DNA of 33,182 bases from assembly GCF_001194135.2 (NCBI RefSeq), contig NC_068991.1, positions 78,271,834 to 78,305,015 of the forward strand, read 5' to 3'. This stretch comes from Octopus bimaculoides. Its lineage: Eukaryota. Position 1 is the stretch's first letter. Every line of letters starts with the position of its first letter. The notes beneath the pieces are model-generated. The model was not told where the DNA came from and did not search any database. It worked only from the letters and a program-made list of their open reading frames with translations. Below, piece after piece: positions 19,940-30,016 of this stretch. The translations under genes were made by a program, and so were the position numbers.

Positions 19940-22799
19940 TTATGTTCTTTTATATTTTGTAAACATTTGTTTAATCAAGGCTTCTTCTTCTAGGGTAATA
20001 GCGAGAGACACTAGCCACATCAATGGCAGCCAGTTGAGGATATGCCCTCTCTCTGCCATGAATCTCGGTGGAAATTTTGTAAACAATAACACAGAGTTTG
20101 AAAGAAAATAAAACTGGATAAAAAAAATAAATACATTTGAACGAGTAACTGCCACAGAGATACTCTAAGAATCAAAGAAAAATAAATGATATTGCCAATT
20201 ATGTTGTTAGTAATTTTGCTGGGTCAGTATGCAGGAAAAAAAAAGAACATGAGAGAAATTTGTTACAAAGGCAAGTGTTTCCTTCCTTGAAGAATACATC
20301 CAGGGATGGGCAAAGAGCAAAGTGATATATTTCTGTCTACCAAAAACAGAAGCTGGCATGCTTCCATATACTGATATAAGAATTGGTAGAAACCCTGGCT
20401 GATGTCTTTCACAATATGTATTCCTCAGAATTTAGTGGGACAGACTGGAGAGCATGCATGGTCTTTAAGACTAATGAAGAGTTAAGGCCATGAGTGGAAT
20501 GCAAGCAAAGAACGAAACCACTAAACAGAATAAGAAAAATTCCAAAACAACTTATACAACCAAGGAAACAACACAGGAATATGCCAGTCAGCCAACGGAA
20601 AACTATGTGATTACAACAGCAGCAAAGCAAGTGGAGATTTCTGAAATGGATAGAGTGAAATACAGGACAAAGTGCACACTTCTAATATTCAAAACTAAGA
20701 GAAAGCAGGGCATAGATATGATGTTAATGGAGGAGTTCTCAAGCTTAGTCTTCCAGTATATCCTTTCTGAAGAATATAATGTAAAATGGTTAGATGCCAA
20801 AGAAGAGACAACAGAGATGAATTATTTGTTATGAATTTAATCTAAAGAGTTCAAATCCCACAGTGGTCAACTTTACCTTGCATCCTTCTGAGGCCAATAA
20901 AATAAAGTACCAAGTACTGAGGTTCTTATGACTGCACGTCCCACTCTCCCACGAAAAATTCTAGCTTTATACTAATGTAAGAAATCTATTTCATTTAATG
21001 TTACACTTCTAATGAGATAAATGAATTTGGCTCTTTCTAGCAAATAACACAATTGTCATCACAATTTGGGAGAGACACACATAGGGATCATTTTCAATTA
21101 ACAGTCTAGACTGTTAATTTGTTGTTGGTTATAAACATTGCTTGAAACCTTGTTCCTAGCAGTTACAGCGACCACGTTAAGGCTCTCTCGCTGGTTTGAG
21201 ATCCCTTCCATACACAAGCTTTAGGAAACAATATAAAGCAGACATTTTAAAGCTTGGAAAAGCAAAAAAATGAATACCAGTAATATACTTAGGTTGATTG
21301 AATTAGTCGACTACTAAAATCCCTTCTACTAAAATCAAAAATTTGCTGTAGGGCCATGTAAAATCACTGCACATGGATTTGTTTACATCAATATTTACAA
21401 TGGACAAATGTGTTTCGGAGAGGTTTCTTGAAAGTAGAAAAATATAAATAGAGAAAGCCACCACGATACAGAATATACATACAATACAATGTCCTAGAAG
21501 CATTTCAGTAGATTTGTTTTCCTCCAAACTTTCAGGTGCAAAACGGATTAATAAAATCGGCTAAAATGGATCTATAATACTGTATTGTATAAATATTAAT
21601 ACACCCACTCTATTGACAAAAATACGAATGCCTCTTACTTCTAACATGTATTATATGACGATTATATATATATATATATATATAATCATGTACCTGCCTC
21701 TAGATACCTTCTAATAAAGACGGTACCCACACAGGTAATCTCCAGGAGCGCCTTCGGATTTAATTATCCCTTAGTTGCTTAAACACTTCTAGCCTACCAC
21801 TTGAATGTTTAAACAATCCTAACTTTATATATATATATATATATGTATATATATCGCTTAAACTTCAAATATAAAAAAAAATCTAATGTTCTGCACACAA
21901 TCACACACACACAAGTTATAAGGTGTGGACAAATTTCGGAAAATGAAAAACCGATCAGTCAATAGACATTAATAAATTTGGTGACATTTGAACTCAACTG
22001 ACTTCAACGTCATTTTCTGCAGAAAGAATAAAGAAATAAAACTATAAAATCTTACAAAACTTTAAACAACAAAACAAAACACAAATCTTATTCGTTTCAT
22101 CGCAGACGAATGTGTTGCACAAGAAAAGAATATGACCATAAAATTAAAAGATATGTAATCTTCATTTTGTTTTCTTCTATAAACTCTAACAAGAATTTAA
22201 TAAATAATGGATATTTGTTTCTTAGGCGCAAAACCAATTTTCTAAAATGTTGGCTGGAATCGAAAATATGAACTCGGGAATCAGACTTGATATCAATTAG
22301 TGTTTATTTCATCACCAGCGCACGAAGAATAAGGTGGAATCGGTGGGATTTAAACCTGGTCAGAATAATAAAGAAGCGACCCAAATACGGTAAACGTGTT
22401 ATTTATTCAGACACACAAAACGTATCAAACATCATCATCATCACCTTATGGATATATGCCATCGAAGGTGAAGTTATATCGCAACAAAGTGCATCGATGA
22501 ATACTTTATTTAATTGTGAAATGAGTTTGGGGGATTTTAAAACCAGCTTTATTATATAAATTACAATAATTTTAGGTCGTAAACTCAAAAGCACAAATAC
22601 AAGCTAAAACCAGCAAAAGTAAACCCACGCAGGACTTTGGACGTTTAAATTATATATTTGGAGGTATTTAAAACAATATGTGGTTTGTTTTAAAAGCATT
22701 ATTAAACAAACATATGTTGGACAGTTTAATTAGTGAAGGGTTACTCTTTAATTAGTGAAGAATTACTGTTTATTTCTTTAGAGTTTAAAGACGTTTCTA

Positions 22800-23520
22800 T
22801 TGCTTTTTGTTTTACTTTGTATAATGTATTCTGATCATCTTTTTTGAATTTACGGCCGTAATGTGAAGGATCTCCTTAAAATATAATTCTTTCTGGAGAA
22901 CCAAAATCTCTGAAATAAACGAAGAGAAACCAAATTCCAACGTACGTATTATATCGTCGCCACTTAGAGGCGAACCAGGTGATAAGATGCAACATTTAAA
23001 GAGACTAAGGCAGAGGGTGAGTGTTTTAATAAGAGATCGTTGCAGAAGGAGTTGAAGGTTAGGGCTGGCCAAAGCAGTTGTGGAGGAATTGTCCTACCTG
23101 CAAGCAGTTTTTAAGAAGTAATCAAAACTTCTTCAATATTTTCCATCTTCGTAAGAATCTCGACCGGAAGTTGGATAATCGTCATAGACAAGGGAGACGA
23201 CTCTAGCTTTCCCGCTTGAAAAAGAGACTCTTGCCTGGTCGCTCGACCCCCCTCCCCCCCGCCAAGAAACCTGACTGAAATCCCTCTTCGGACCGCACCC
23301 AAATAGTGTCTTAAAGAGGATGGATTTTGTTGTTCTTGATGTCTTGTCTTGAGAAAAGACGAAATGAACCGAGCCGATTTCGCTTTGGGATTAAACCGAA
23401 AACCTCAACCGCTTATATACGAAAACGAGAAATTGGGCAATGATGATTTCTGCGCAACGATAACAACAAATCGGTGAAGTATTCCGCATTACCAAAAACA
23501 GAAAAAAAAAGACGTTTTTA
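22800..23520. promoter_or_regulatory. CpG-retaining, repeat-free region; candidate bidirectional promoter for angel (-) and CDPF1 (+)
   Basis: CpG is visibly enriched relative to the flanks. ETS/GABP-type motif CCGGAAGT at 23164-23171. Minus-strand donor CAG|GTAGGA at 23098/23097 could end a non-coding angel exon 1. The region lies between the 5' ends of two divergent genes. Confidence 0.45.
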
Positions 23521-23973
23521 TAAACGCTAGAAATATATGTCAAATCTCCCCTAAATCCCATCTTCCCAGTAAAAACCAAGAATAAAAATGTCACATGGAA
23601 TAATGTAGTCCTGGATACACTATGTCTAAAAGATAAAGATTTTAAAAAAACAACAGAACTTCTATTAATCGCAGATGAAGAAATGGAACTTTTTCATTAA
23701 ACCGTAAGAGTAAATTCATTTGCTTAACCAAGTTAAAAAATAAATAACACTATAATTTAACATTTGGTAGTTTTGTTAGGTTTTGGCATTTAACATGTTA
23801 AAATCCCTACCTCAAGTTTTCTGTTTGGATAAAACAACAGGCGGTTGACACTGCTCCCTACCAACATAATCTCTGTATTTCAGTGAACTGAGGTAGATCA
23901 TCATAAAGTTTTTTAATTCATCGTAAACCAGCTGCTTCAAGTAACGGATAACCAGTTTTATCATTTAAAAGAA

Positions 23974-24312
23974 ATGGATGAAAGTAACTCTGATAAATCT
24001 ACAAAGAAATTCGTTTGCGAAGTGTGTAATTTCTCAGCTAATTACCAATATGTTGGTGACAAACCACCAAAATGCAAGTCTGTTACGTTGAAAGAGAAAA
24101 TGTATATCATGAACAACCCGTTTTCATCGAATGAGGAAAACTCATTTATTGCTCTCGGCTCTCACTGCATTTACTGTAATATTGCTGTATGCGCGGACAG
24201 TAAATGTAGTTTTTATTATAATGGACGCTTTTGTTTGAATTGTTGCTCGACGTATATCTCTGAATTCCCCATTGAAGTACAACAGGAAATTAGGAAGAAA
24301 ATGAACTCTTGA
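23974..24312 (+). CDS. CDPF1: Cysteine-rich DPF motif domain-containing protein 1 homolog (112 aa, single coding exon)
   Basis: F.CEVC...A.Y.YVG.KPP, L.E..Y.M.NPFS, F..LGS.C..C...VC....CS.YY..RFCL.C and ..FP.E.Q.E. match the CDPF1 pattern along the entire length. Confidence 0.92.
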   Translation: MDESNSDKSTKKFVCEVCNFSANYQYVGDKPPKCKSVTLKEKMYIMNNPFSSNEENSFIALGSHCIYCNIAVCADSKCSFYYNGRFCLNCCSTYISEFPIEVQQEIRKKMNS

Positions 24313-24475
24313 CTATGAAAAGCAACTACGCTCATAAACCGAATTAGAAAATGACCTGGTGGCCTGACTGATTTTGCAGTCGCTTTTGAAAATAGTGGCG
24401 GCCGGAGAAGAAACTGAGGTTTAACCGAAGAAACAGCTGACGATGTAGTTTTAAAACCGTTGGAATAAGACCTAT

Positions 24476-24700
24476 GGTAGCTGCACCAGGCTCCAATCTG
24501 ATTTGGCAGAGTTTCTACAGCTGGATGCCCTTCCTAACGCCAACCACTCCGAGAGTGTAGTGGGTGCTTTTACGTGCCACCAGCACGAGTGCCAGTCACA
24601 CGGTACTGGCAATGGCCACGCTCAAAATGGTGTTTTTTTACGTGCCACCCGTACAGAAGCCAGTCCAGCGGCACTGGCAACGACCTCACTCGAATGATTT
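24476..24700 (-). mobile_element. RTE 3'UTR internal copy lacking the (GAT)n tail
   Basis: gctgcaccaggctccaatctgatttggcagagtttctacagctggatgcccttcctaacgccaaccactccgagagtgtagtgggtgc. Confidence 0.8.
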
Positions 24701-25179
24701 CAACCTCACTGCTAACAATGTTACACTGACTATTTTTGATAAAGTTTTGACAACGATATTTGCGGTCAGGTATCTAGTTATGTTTGTTCCCAAACAACAC
24801 TTATTTTAATGCTTTTGACACCGCTGGATTGAATGGTACTGCCCAGGTGTCAAAACCATAATGATATCCGTGGGGCAGCTGATGATGGAGATATGTTGGA
24901 TTGTTGGTATGGCTGTTTTTCTATATATGGAATAGTATTATAACACAACCTTCTATATGGTGCTCTCCTTACAGAACTTAAGCTCTTTTTGTACGTATAA
25001 TTGCTCTTTCCTAGCATAAGCTCATAAATAACTTTTGAGCCCTGAGAGGCATTTAAAAAGCTTGTCGTGTGGTTTGCTTGTTGCCTGGTCAGTGATGATA
25101 TACTTCAAACGTCTGAGTCACTATTGTCGAAATGGATGACTCAGTCATCATTATTTTATGAACATTATATTATAGGTAC

Positions 25180-25515
25180 ATGCATGGCTGTGTGGTAAGA
25201 AACTTGCTTCCCAATCACATGGTTCCAAGGTTCGGTTCCACTGCGTGGCACCTTGGACAAGAGTTTTCTACTATAACCTCAAGCTGACTAAAGCCTTGGA
25301 TTTGGTAGACGGAAACTGAATGAAGCCCTTTGTATATATGTTTGTGTTTGTCTCCCTGCCAACCATCGCTTGACAACCGATGTTGGTCTGTTTACGTCCC
25401 CGTAACCTAGCAATTTGGTAAAAGAGACTGATAGAGTAAGTACTAGGCTTACAAAGAATAAGTCCTGGGGTGCTCCAGCATGGCTGCAGTCAAAAGACTG
25501 AAACAAAAGAATAAA
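25180..25515 (+). mobile_element. tRNA-derived SINE family B, full length
   Basis: TGGCTGTGTGG (A-box-like), GGTTCGGTTCC (B-box-like), internal (TA/TG)n, then the 3' part shared with 12965-13115. Confidence 0.85.
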
Positions 25516-26009
25516 ACAATTATATCAACCTCGTTGTCGTGTATGAATGAAAGGTTGTGTGTAGAATAACTGAATCAAGAGAAGGAGGTGGAAAGATGAG
25601 CGTGTCGAGTGTGCTCAGAGAATAAAGTGCAAAGGTGACTCCATGACATGAGAAGGGGTGGGTGGGGGAGAAAATCACTGTCAGCTGCTTCCAATCCATT
25701 CACTGACACTCAAGGAGAAAGGAATCAACAACAACAACAATGGAAAAACTGATGGGACAAACAGCAGTTTATTCAGCTTCAATGAACAATTCATGAGTTT
25801 GATACTTTCTAAGTAGCAACATCAGTACCACAATCAACAAGAACAATAGCATTGTCATCATCATCATCATCATCATCGCAAAGAGACACACACACACACA
25901 CGCAGTTGTGTGTTGATGAGAGAGAGAGAGAGAGTTTGAAGGAATGGATGCATCGTGCACATGTCCCTTCCCATTTTTAGATTAGTAGCAGTTTTGGTCA
26001 TTCACATCA

Positions 26010-26820
26010 GTCATTAGTCAGCATCATCTGATGTGATTCATGACTGATTATGGTTCTTTCTTGTCCATCAGTAGCCTCTCCTCTGACTCTGAACGTGATT
26101 GTGCGACTGTCCAGCTCTCCGTTTTCTCTTCAGACTCGGTCTCTTTTACAGAGGTGGGGTGGGGCTGCAAAGCAGTGAAGCAAAGCAATATAATGTTGTT
26201 ACCAGTTCAAATATGCTTGTGGCATGTTTGGATTGTACGGTGATCGAAATAGCATAAGAGAAACAATCTCTTTTATCAGTTCGCATCATCCTCCTGCCTA
26301 GTATCTGTGACTGAAGAGGAGATAATTACTTTGAAATGCTTGCCTCTCACAGTCTACATAGGTGGCTCTGCAAACTGATATAAGTGTATTCACACCATTT
26401 GTCTGCAGCGGGAAATTTTTTCAATGACAATACACAGTAAATGGCTTATTTGTGAGTCCAAATGCATCACAAGCATATTTGAGCTGGTCATAACATTACA
26501 TCCAGTCTCCTTTATTGCAATCCAGAAACAAAAGTGATTGAACAGATCAGTGATGATGATATCACTCGAAAATCCAACACGTGTTTATTCACCAGATCGT
26601 TACTCATGCCATTTCTCAGTCACAAAGGTTTTGGTTTCGTTTATGGAATTTTTCATATTTTGAAAACAAACAGTTTGGGTTCACATTCAAGCAGAGACCT
26701 GCTACAGCTCTGTCCACCATCTCAATGCTATTGATACCAGTGGCTTTGTCAAGCAGAGATCACCAAAGTTTTACTTAACCACAACAACAGCAAGATATTT
26801 GAGTGCCTGGTGTCAACGGG
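26010..26820 (-). mobile_element. Decayed, internally deleted piggyBac-like transposon
   Basis: GGG|TTAA terminus at 26820/26821-24. Minus-strand fragments across frameshifts: C.DKAT.VS; EKFH-NETK..KWHE(Y)TI[W=R][*=R]INT[C=R]W (CpG-decayed version of the piggyBac YN.TK.GVD...EY...R.T.RW motif); and a Cys/His-rich C-terminal relic. The other terminus is only tentatively at about 24806-24822 (TTAA..TTGACACC). Confidence 0.55.
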
Positions 26821-27469
26821 TTAAAGATTTGAATTTATCTCTGAAGCAGTGAAGAAACAAATGTCATGAGCCAGGCTGATTGTTCAAAGGAAAGATTAGA
26901 AAAAATACTCTGAGAGTTATAAATATTTTTGATAGCAAGATAATATTGATGTAAAAGAAAGGAAGAGGCAACTTAGTATAAAGGGGTGACAGTTTTCTAA
27001 CAAAAGATAAAAAAAGAAAATAAACTAAACCAATGTTTTAGAAAACTTCCAGAATAAATCAACAACATATTTTGTTTTATCAATTGTCTTTTTTTATCGT
27101 TACCTTAATTATCTATTTATTTAGTGGTATTATTCCCACTACACACACACACACACAGAGCGACATAAGGAGTGGGACACACACATACACCCATACACAT
27201 ATCCGCACACACATACATTCCCACTCCATCTACATACACATACCTACACACTCACATCCACACCCATTCACACACCCTTCAAACACCCTACCACTGACCA
27301 TCCCATCTACGCATATGTACAAAAACACAAACACATACACAAAAACCATCACACCCGTTACCATAGCGGCTGACCGCTTCCTATGACATTAACAAAGATC
27401 ACCCACACATGCACATATAAACAGTTAATAACACACACATGCACACACACACACACACACAGATACCAA

Positions 27470-27730
27470 CCTTTCTTTACACTCTCCTGTCTTAGAAAGC
27501 ACTTTTCCTTTGTCCATCTACTTCCTGTCATTCCAACATGTAACCACATGTGGATTGTTGCCAATTTTTTTCCTCCGTCTTCCTTTTTTGGACTTTCTCC
27601 TGTTTCTGAAGAAGAGGCTTTGCTCGAAACATAAAACACCCTTTTGTTTCCTTCCCTGAGCATCTTTTTAATACTTTGCATGTACCACGTCCTCACATTG
27701 TTTTTTTTTCTTGTCTTTTTTCTCCATTTT
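27470..27730 (+). mobile_element. Penelope-like pseudo-LTR remnant containing a hammerhead motif
   Basis: Pyrimidine-rich segment after long CA-rich tracts carrying the minimal hammerhead at 27601-27638. Assignment to Penelope rests on the motif type only; no RT/GIY-YIG ORF seen. Confidence 0.5.
27601..27638 (+). ncRNA. Minimal type I hammerhead ribozyme motif (second family)
   Basis: UGUUU-CUGAAGA-A-GAG-gcuuug-CUC-GAA-ACAU-A-AAACA: stem I 5 bp, stem II 3 bp, stem III palindrome ACGU decayed to ACAU. Confidence 0.65.
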
Positions 27731-27774
27731 TTTTTATCATATGTATACATATATATACATATATATACATATAT

Positions 27775-28165
27775 GTAGGTGCAAGAGTGGGTGTGTGGTA
27801 AGTAGCTTACTTACCAACCACATCGTCCCAAGCTCAGTCCCACTGCATGGCACCTTGGGCAGGTGACTTCTACTATAGCCTTGGGCCAACCAAAGCCTTG
27901 TGAGTAGATTTTGTGGACAGAAACTGGAAGAAGCCTGTCGTATATGTATGTATATATATGTATATGTATGTGTGTCTGTTTGTTCTCCCAGCATCGCTTT
28001 ACCACTGATGCTGGTGTGTTTACATCCCCATAACCTAGCGGTTCGGCAAAAGAGACTGATAGTATAAGTACTAGGCTTACAAAGAATAAGCTCTGGGGTC
28101 GATTTGCTCGACTATAAAGGTGGTGTTCCAGCATGGCCGCAGCCAAATGACTGAAACAAGTAAAA
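27775..28165 (+). mobile_element. tRNA-derived SINE family B, full length
   Basis: gtgtgtggtaagtagcttac..ctcagtcccactgcatggcaccttgggcagg..gaaactggaagaagcctgtcg(TA)n..gcatggccgcagccaaatgactgaaacaagtaaaa. Confidence 0.85.
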
Positions 28166-28453
28166 CATATGTATGTAATCCAAATAAGGATACAAAAAAA
28201 AGAATTTATCACATCCTCAATGACCAGTTACAATTGTTTCTGTTTCCAATGCCAATTCATGCAAAAATTCCATGCTAAACGTGGAACTTTTTATGGAGAA
28301 AGGATTAACCAATTACATTGACTCCAATATTCAATTGAAGCTTTAATTTACCAAGTAAAAGAAAAATAGTAGAGTAACCATAAACTAATATTTTTTTTCA
28401 TTTTGGGATTTGGCTTTGCAAGATTCTTTATGTGAGTTTGTGTGTTGTAGCAT

Positions 28454-28726
28454 ATTCTGTTGTGTCTGGGGAGAGTCATTCTCTTTCGGTGCCTTATAAT
28501 TCAACACACTGACCGCTAAAATTTCCACTCCTTTCCTTCTTTCTTTTTCTAAAATTTTTGTTGCGTCTTGCAACCTTTTCAATACTTTTGAGAGTCAAAA
28601 CTTTTGAAAACATTGCAAGACGCAACAAAAATTACAGAAAAAAAGAAATAAGTGGAAATTTTACCGGTGAGTGCGTTAAATTATAAGGCACCGAAAGAGA
28701 ATGACTCTCTCCAAACACAACGGAAT
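28454..28726. repeat. Fold-back inverted repeat, arms about 135 bp (28454-28591 / 28595-28726), 3-nt loop
   Basis: The left arm (gagagtcattctctttcggtgccttataat..aaaatttccact..tttttgttgcgtcttgcaa..ttttga) is the reverse complement of the right arm, apart from scattered mismatches and an indel in a T-rich run. Confidence 0.9.
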
Positions 28727-29044
28727 GTAATATTTTTAATCATTGATAATTCATGAAAATTTCAGGTGAGATAATTTAACCAAGTGTTTCTCATAACAAC
28801 TGAGAGCTGTGAGAATTGAAAAGGAGGCAAACCAATTGCCAGGTTTTATACTTTGCAAACTTATCCAACACCAAAATTATGAAAGAATTTTATGAATACA
28901 AACTACATTTTGTTTTCTCAGAGGGAGCAAAAAATGTCATTTATATTTGTGAAGTTAAAGCAATCTGTGTGTATGATGGGGATCAAGTTCAACCAATTCT
29001 CTAACACCACCATTCTGGAATAGTAATTTATTTTATCAATAAAG

Positions 29045-29157
29045 AAAGAATAAAAAGTGAAGTCGACCTCAGCAGGATTTGAACTCCAAGTGCTGAGAAC
29101 CAGAATAAATAGCACAAAATAATTTCTCCCATGTTTTAATGCTTCTGCCAGTTTACT
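29045..29157 (-). mobile_element. Degenerate SINE family A
   Basis: aaagtgaagtcgacctcagcaggatttgaactc..gcttctgccagttta is the reverse complement of the family A head. Confidence 0.6.
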
Positions 29158-29405
29158 GCATGGCTACGAAGTTGTAACATACATTTGATTGTTGGTTCAA
29201 TCCTACAAAATGGCACCTCATACAAGTGACTTTTATTGGCGTTTCTGTTTAATCAATATCTTGTGGGTGAAAGTTTTGAGAATCAATAATATTGATATTT
29301 TTTTCTAAACTTAAAATATCTCTCACCACCATTCTTCATAGATGATCAGTTGGTATTAAAAAGAACAGCCAAAAATAAAATATTTCTTCAAAACAATAAA
29401 TAGTA

Positions 29406-29640
29406 ATTATTTACATTTGACAGATATTTGTCCTCATCTTGTTTGTTGTTAACACAATGTTTCGGCTGATATACCCTCCAGCCTTCATCAGGTGTCTTGG
29501 GGAAATTTCAAACCTGGGTTCTCATTCCTAAGGTATTTTTCAATGTTGTTGTTGTTATCATTATTCAGGTCACTGCCTGGAATCGAATTCAGAATCTTGG
29601 GGTTAGTAGCCCACGCTCTTAACCACTACGCCATATGCCC
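29406..29640 (-). mobile_element. tRNA(Arg)-like-headed SINE (family D) with hammerhead-bearing 3' tail
   Basis: Head 29640-29571: GGGCATATGGCGTAGTGGTTAAGAGCGTGGGCTACTAACCCCAAGATTCTGAATTCGATTCCAGGC (A box TGGCGTAGTGG, B box AATTCGATTCC). Followed by an (AAC)n linker and a tail containing the hammerhead motif. Confidence 0.85.
29451..29496 (-). ncRNA. Minimal type I hammerhead ribozyme motif (copy 2)
   Basis: GACAC-CUGAUGA-A-GGCUG-gagggtatat-CAGCC-GAA-ACAU-U-GUGUU; stems I and II intact. Confidence 0.72.
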
Positions 29641-29643
29641 ATG

Positions 29644-29791
29644 GGTTTCAAATTTCCCCAAGACACCTGATGAAGGCTGGAGGGTATATCAGCAGAAACG
29701 TTGTGTTAACAACAAACAAGGTGAGGACAAATATCCCTCAAATGTAAATAATATACATAATTCAGCATCTCTTGAATATAGAACTGTATTA
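29644..29791 (+). mobile_element. Inverted, 5'-truncated tail copy of SINE family D abutting the head of the minus copy
   Basis: 29644-29752 is the reverse complement of 29406-29514 with 6 mismatches in 109 bp. It extends a further 39 bp (to gaactgtatta) that match the 19564 copy. Confidence 0.88.
29662..29707 (+). ncRNA. Minimal type I hammerhead ribozyme motif (copy 3)
   Basis: GACAC-CUGAUGA-A-GGCUG-gagggtatat-CAGCA-GAA-ACGU-U-GUGUU; stem I and the ACGU palindrome intact. Confidence 0.72.
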
Positions 29792-29865
29792 ATGAATAGT
29801 AATGTTTAAATTTGTGGAAGAACCTAATCAGATTGTTAATATTATAAGATATTATTAAAAAGATA

Positions 29866-30016
29866 TCGGAGTGGTTGGCGTTAGGAAAGGCATCCAGATG
29901 GAGAAACTCTGCCAAATCAGATTGGAGCCTGGTGTAGCCATCTGGTTCACCAGTCCTCAGTCAAATTGTCCGACCCATGCTAGCATGGAAAGCGGACATT
30001 AAACGATGATGATGAT
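29866..30016 (+). mobile_element. RTE 3'UTR copy
   Basis: gagtggttggcgttaggaaaggcatccag..cccatgctagcatggaaagcggacattaaacgatgatgatgat. Confidence 0.85.

Noticed and set aside
20490-20834. 114-aa ORF as a gene nested antisense in angel intron 1
   Set aside because: No recognisable domain or splice signals; low-complexity K/T/N-rich start. At most an unassigned retroelement relic.
22812-23302. Minus-strand ORFs 22812-23072 and 23111-23302 (LPVEIL looks F-box-like) as coding exons
   Set aside because: The stop falls before the nearest donor, there is no further F-box or other homology, and the region looks like a promoter/5'UTR.
25088-25120. C/D-box snoRNA (GTGATGA..CTGA)
   Set aside because: The boxes are only about 15 nt apart, with no terminal stem or plausible full-length snoRNA.
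29571-29640. Functional tRNA gene
   Set aside because: The anticodon and acceptor stems do not pair properly and the sequence runs into a dispersed SINE body; it is a SINE head.
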